Shown in pieces: positions 62,729-64,000 of a stretch of DNA of 64,000 bases. The position numbers were made by a program, and so were the translations under genes. The stretch covers positions 24,614,001 through 24,678,000 of the forward strand of contig NC_090349.1 of assembly GCF_035084215.1 (NCBI RefSeq). Direction: 5' to 3'. Below the pieces are notes generated by a model, which searched no databases, had not been told where the DNA came from, and was given only the letters and a program-made list of their open reading frames with translations. The first letter of the stretch is position 1. Each line of letters starts with the position of its first letter. This DNA is from Heptranchias perlo (taxonomy: Eukaryota).

Positions 62729-62810
62729 TTATGTGAAAGTCCTGTCAATCAATGATTGGCGTACAAATCTCCCTGGCTGCACGTTACCTTCAACCATTTC
62801 TTCCTCCTCC
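62729..62810 (-). pseudogene. Possible Harbinger transposase C-terminal tail
   Basis: EEDQEEEEMVEGNVQPGRFVRQSLIDRTFT*: acidic tract plus R..LI...F terminus typical of HARBI1-like transposases. Confidence 0.5.
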
Positions 62811-63656
62811 TGGTCCTCTTCTGTCAAGGGTTTGTTGCTGCACCTCATGGTCCTCTTCTGCCAAGGGTTTGTTGCTGCACCTCCTGGTCCTCTTCTGTCA
62901 AGGGTTTGTTGCTGCACCTCATGGTCCTCTTCTGTCAAGGGTTTGTTGCTGCACCTCATGGTCCTCTTCTGTCAAGGGTTTGTTGCTGCACCTCATGGTC
63001 CTCTTCTGCCAAGGGTTTGTTGCTGCACCTCCTGATCCTCTTCTGTCAAGGGTTTGTTGCTGCACCTCCTGATCCTCTTCTGTCAAGGGTTTGTTGCTGC
63101 ACCTCCTGGTCCTCTTCTGTCAAGGGTTTGTTGCTGCACCTCCTGGTCCTCTTCTGTCAAGGGTTTGTTGCTGCACCTCATGGTCCTCTTCTGTCAAGGG
63201 TTTGTTGCTGCACCTCCTGATCCTCTTCTGCCAAGGGTTTGTTGCTGCACCTCCTGGTCCTCTTCTGTCAAGGGTTTGTTGCTGCACCTCATGGTCCTCT
63301 TCTGTCAAGGGTTTGTTGCTGCACCTCCTGATCCTCTTCTGTCAAGGGTTTGTTGCTGCACCTCCTGGTCCTCTTCTGTCAAGGGTTTGTTGCTGCACCT
63401 CATGGTGCTCTTCTGTCAAGGGTTTGTTGCTGCACCTCCTGGTCCTCTTCTGTCAAGGGTTTGTTGCTGCACCTCATGGTCCTCTTCTGTCAAGGGTTGG
63501 CACTGCACCTCCTGGTCCTCTTCTGTCAAGGGTTTGTTGCTGCACCTCATGGTCCTCTTCTGTCAAGGGTTGGCACTGCACCTCCTGGTCCTCTTCTGTC
63601 AAGGGTTTGTTGCTGCACCTCATGGTCCTCTTCTGTCAAGGGTTGGCACTGCACCT
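62806..63656. repeat. 37-bp minisatellite, about 23 copies (CCTC[A/C]TGGTCCTCTTCTGTCAAGGGTTTGTTGCTGCA), with 36-bp variants at the right end
   Basis: Direct reading; no spacers between units. Confidence 0.95.
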
Positions 63657-64000
63657 TGTGGGGTTCAAAATCCCTTTAACAAAAGACATTTGAAGGAAAG
63701 GGTTAACTGTACCCCTTTTAAACAAAGACATTTGAAAACCTGCAAACGCAGTAACGTGGTAAACTGTGCTCTTGCAAATCCTGTTTTTCCCTCAATGACG
63801 CTGATGGCATTGGAGAAGTATGAGTTTCGGGATCGAAGACATTGTGCTGCGGAAAGATATTTAGATTATTAAATAAATAAGCTAGATGGATAATATTGAT
63901 TTTATAGAACTGTCAGGCTTTCAAAACATATAGGCTTTTGGAAACACAAGCTTTTCAACACAGCAGGGGGTAATGTAAGAAAAGGCAACAAGGGCATATA

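Noticed and set aside
62682-63872. Long Cys/Leu-rich ORFs (up to 272 aa) and possible CRISPR array
   Set aside because: These are translations of a spacer-less 37-bp minisatellite; no unique spacers, no cas genes, eukaryotic context.
63700-63872. Possible exon of a neighbouring gene (minus-strand acceptor-like TTTCCGCAG)
   Set aside because: No recognisable protein in any frame and no convincing donor.

Overview
Repeat-dense vertebrate genomic DNA; the CR1/L2, Penelope and PIF-Harbinger content suggests a cartilaginous fish (inference). The only recognisable host genes are four intact single-coding-exon class A GPCRs of the hydroxycarboxylic acid receptor (HCAR2/3-like) family on the minus strand. 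They lie in a tandem segmental duplication with periods of about 11.5, 13.3 and 18.5 kb. The spacers are named A (before gene 1), B, C and D (before gene 4). Each carries the same degenerate GalEa-type Ty1/copia element (tRNA-iMet PBS, ~214-bp LTRs, TCCTG TSD) and Harbinger and CR1 remnants. Presence/absence markers indicate that B and C are D-left/A-right unequal-crossover hybrids. Three Penelope-like insertions (about 3.4 kb, 0.17 kb and 3.1 kb) share one fold-back architecture: an inverted arm, a ~33-36 nt unpaired tail and a ~13-bp TSD. Their terminal repeats contain a minimal type I hammerhead ribozyme whose stems covary between two subfamilies. The smallest insertion folds back exactly on the ribozyme's stem II hairpin, which suggests the hairpin can prime snap-back DNA synthesis. 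A 37-bp minisatellite ends the window. All comparisons were made by eye; no alignment or database search was run.
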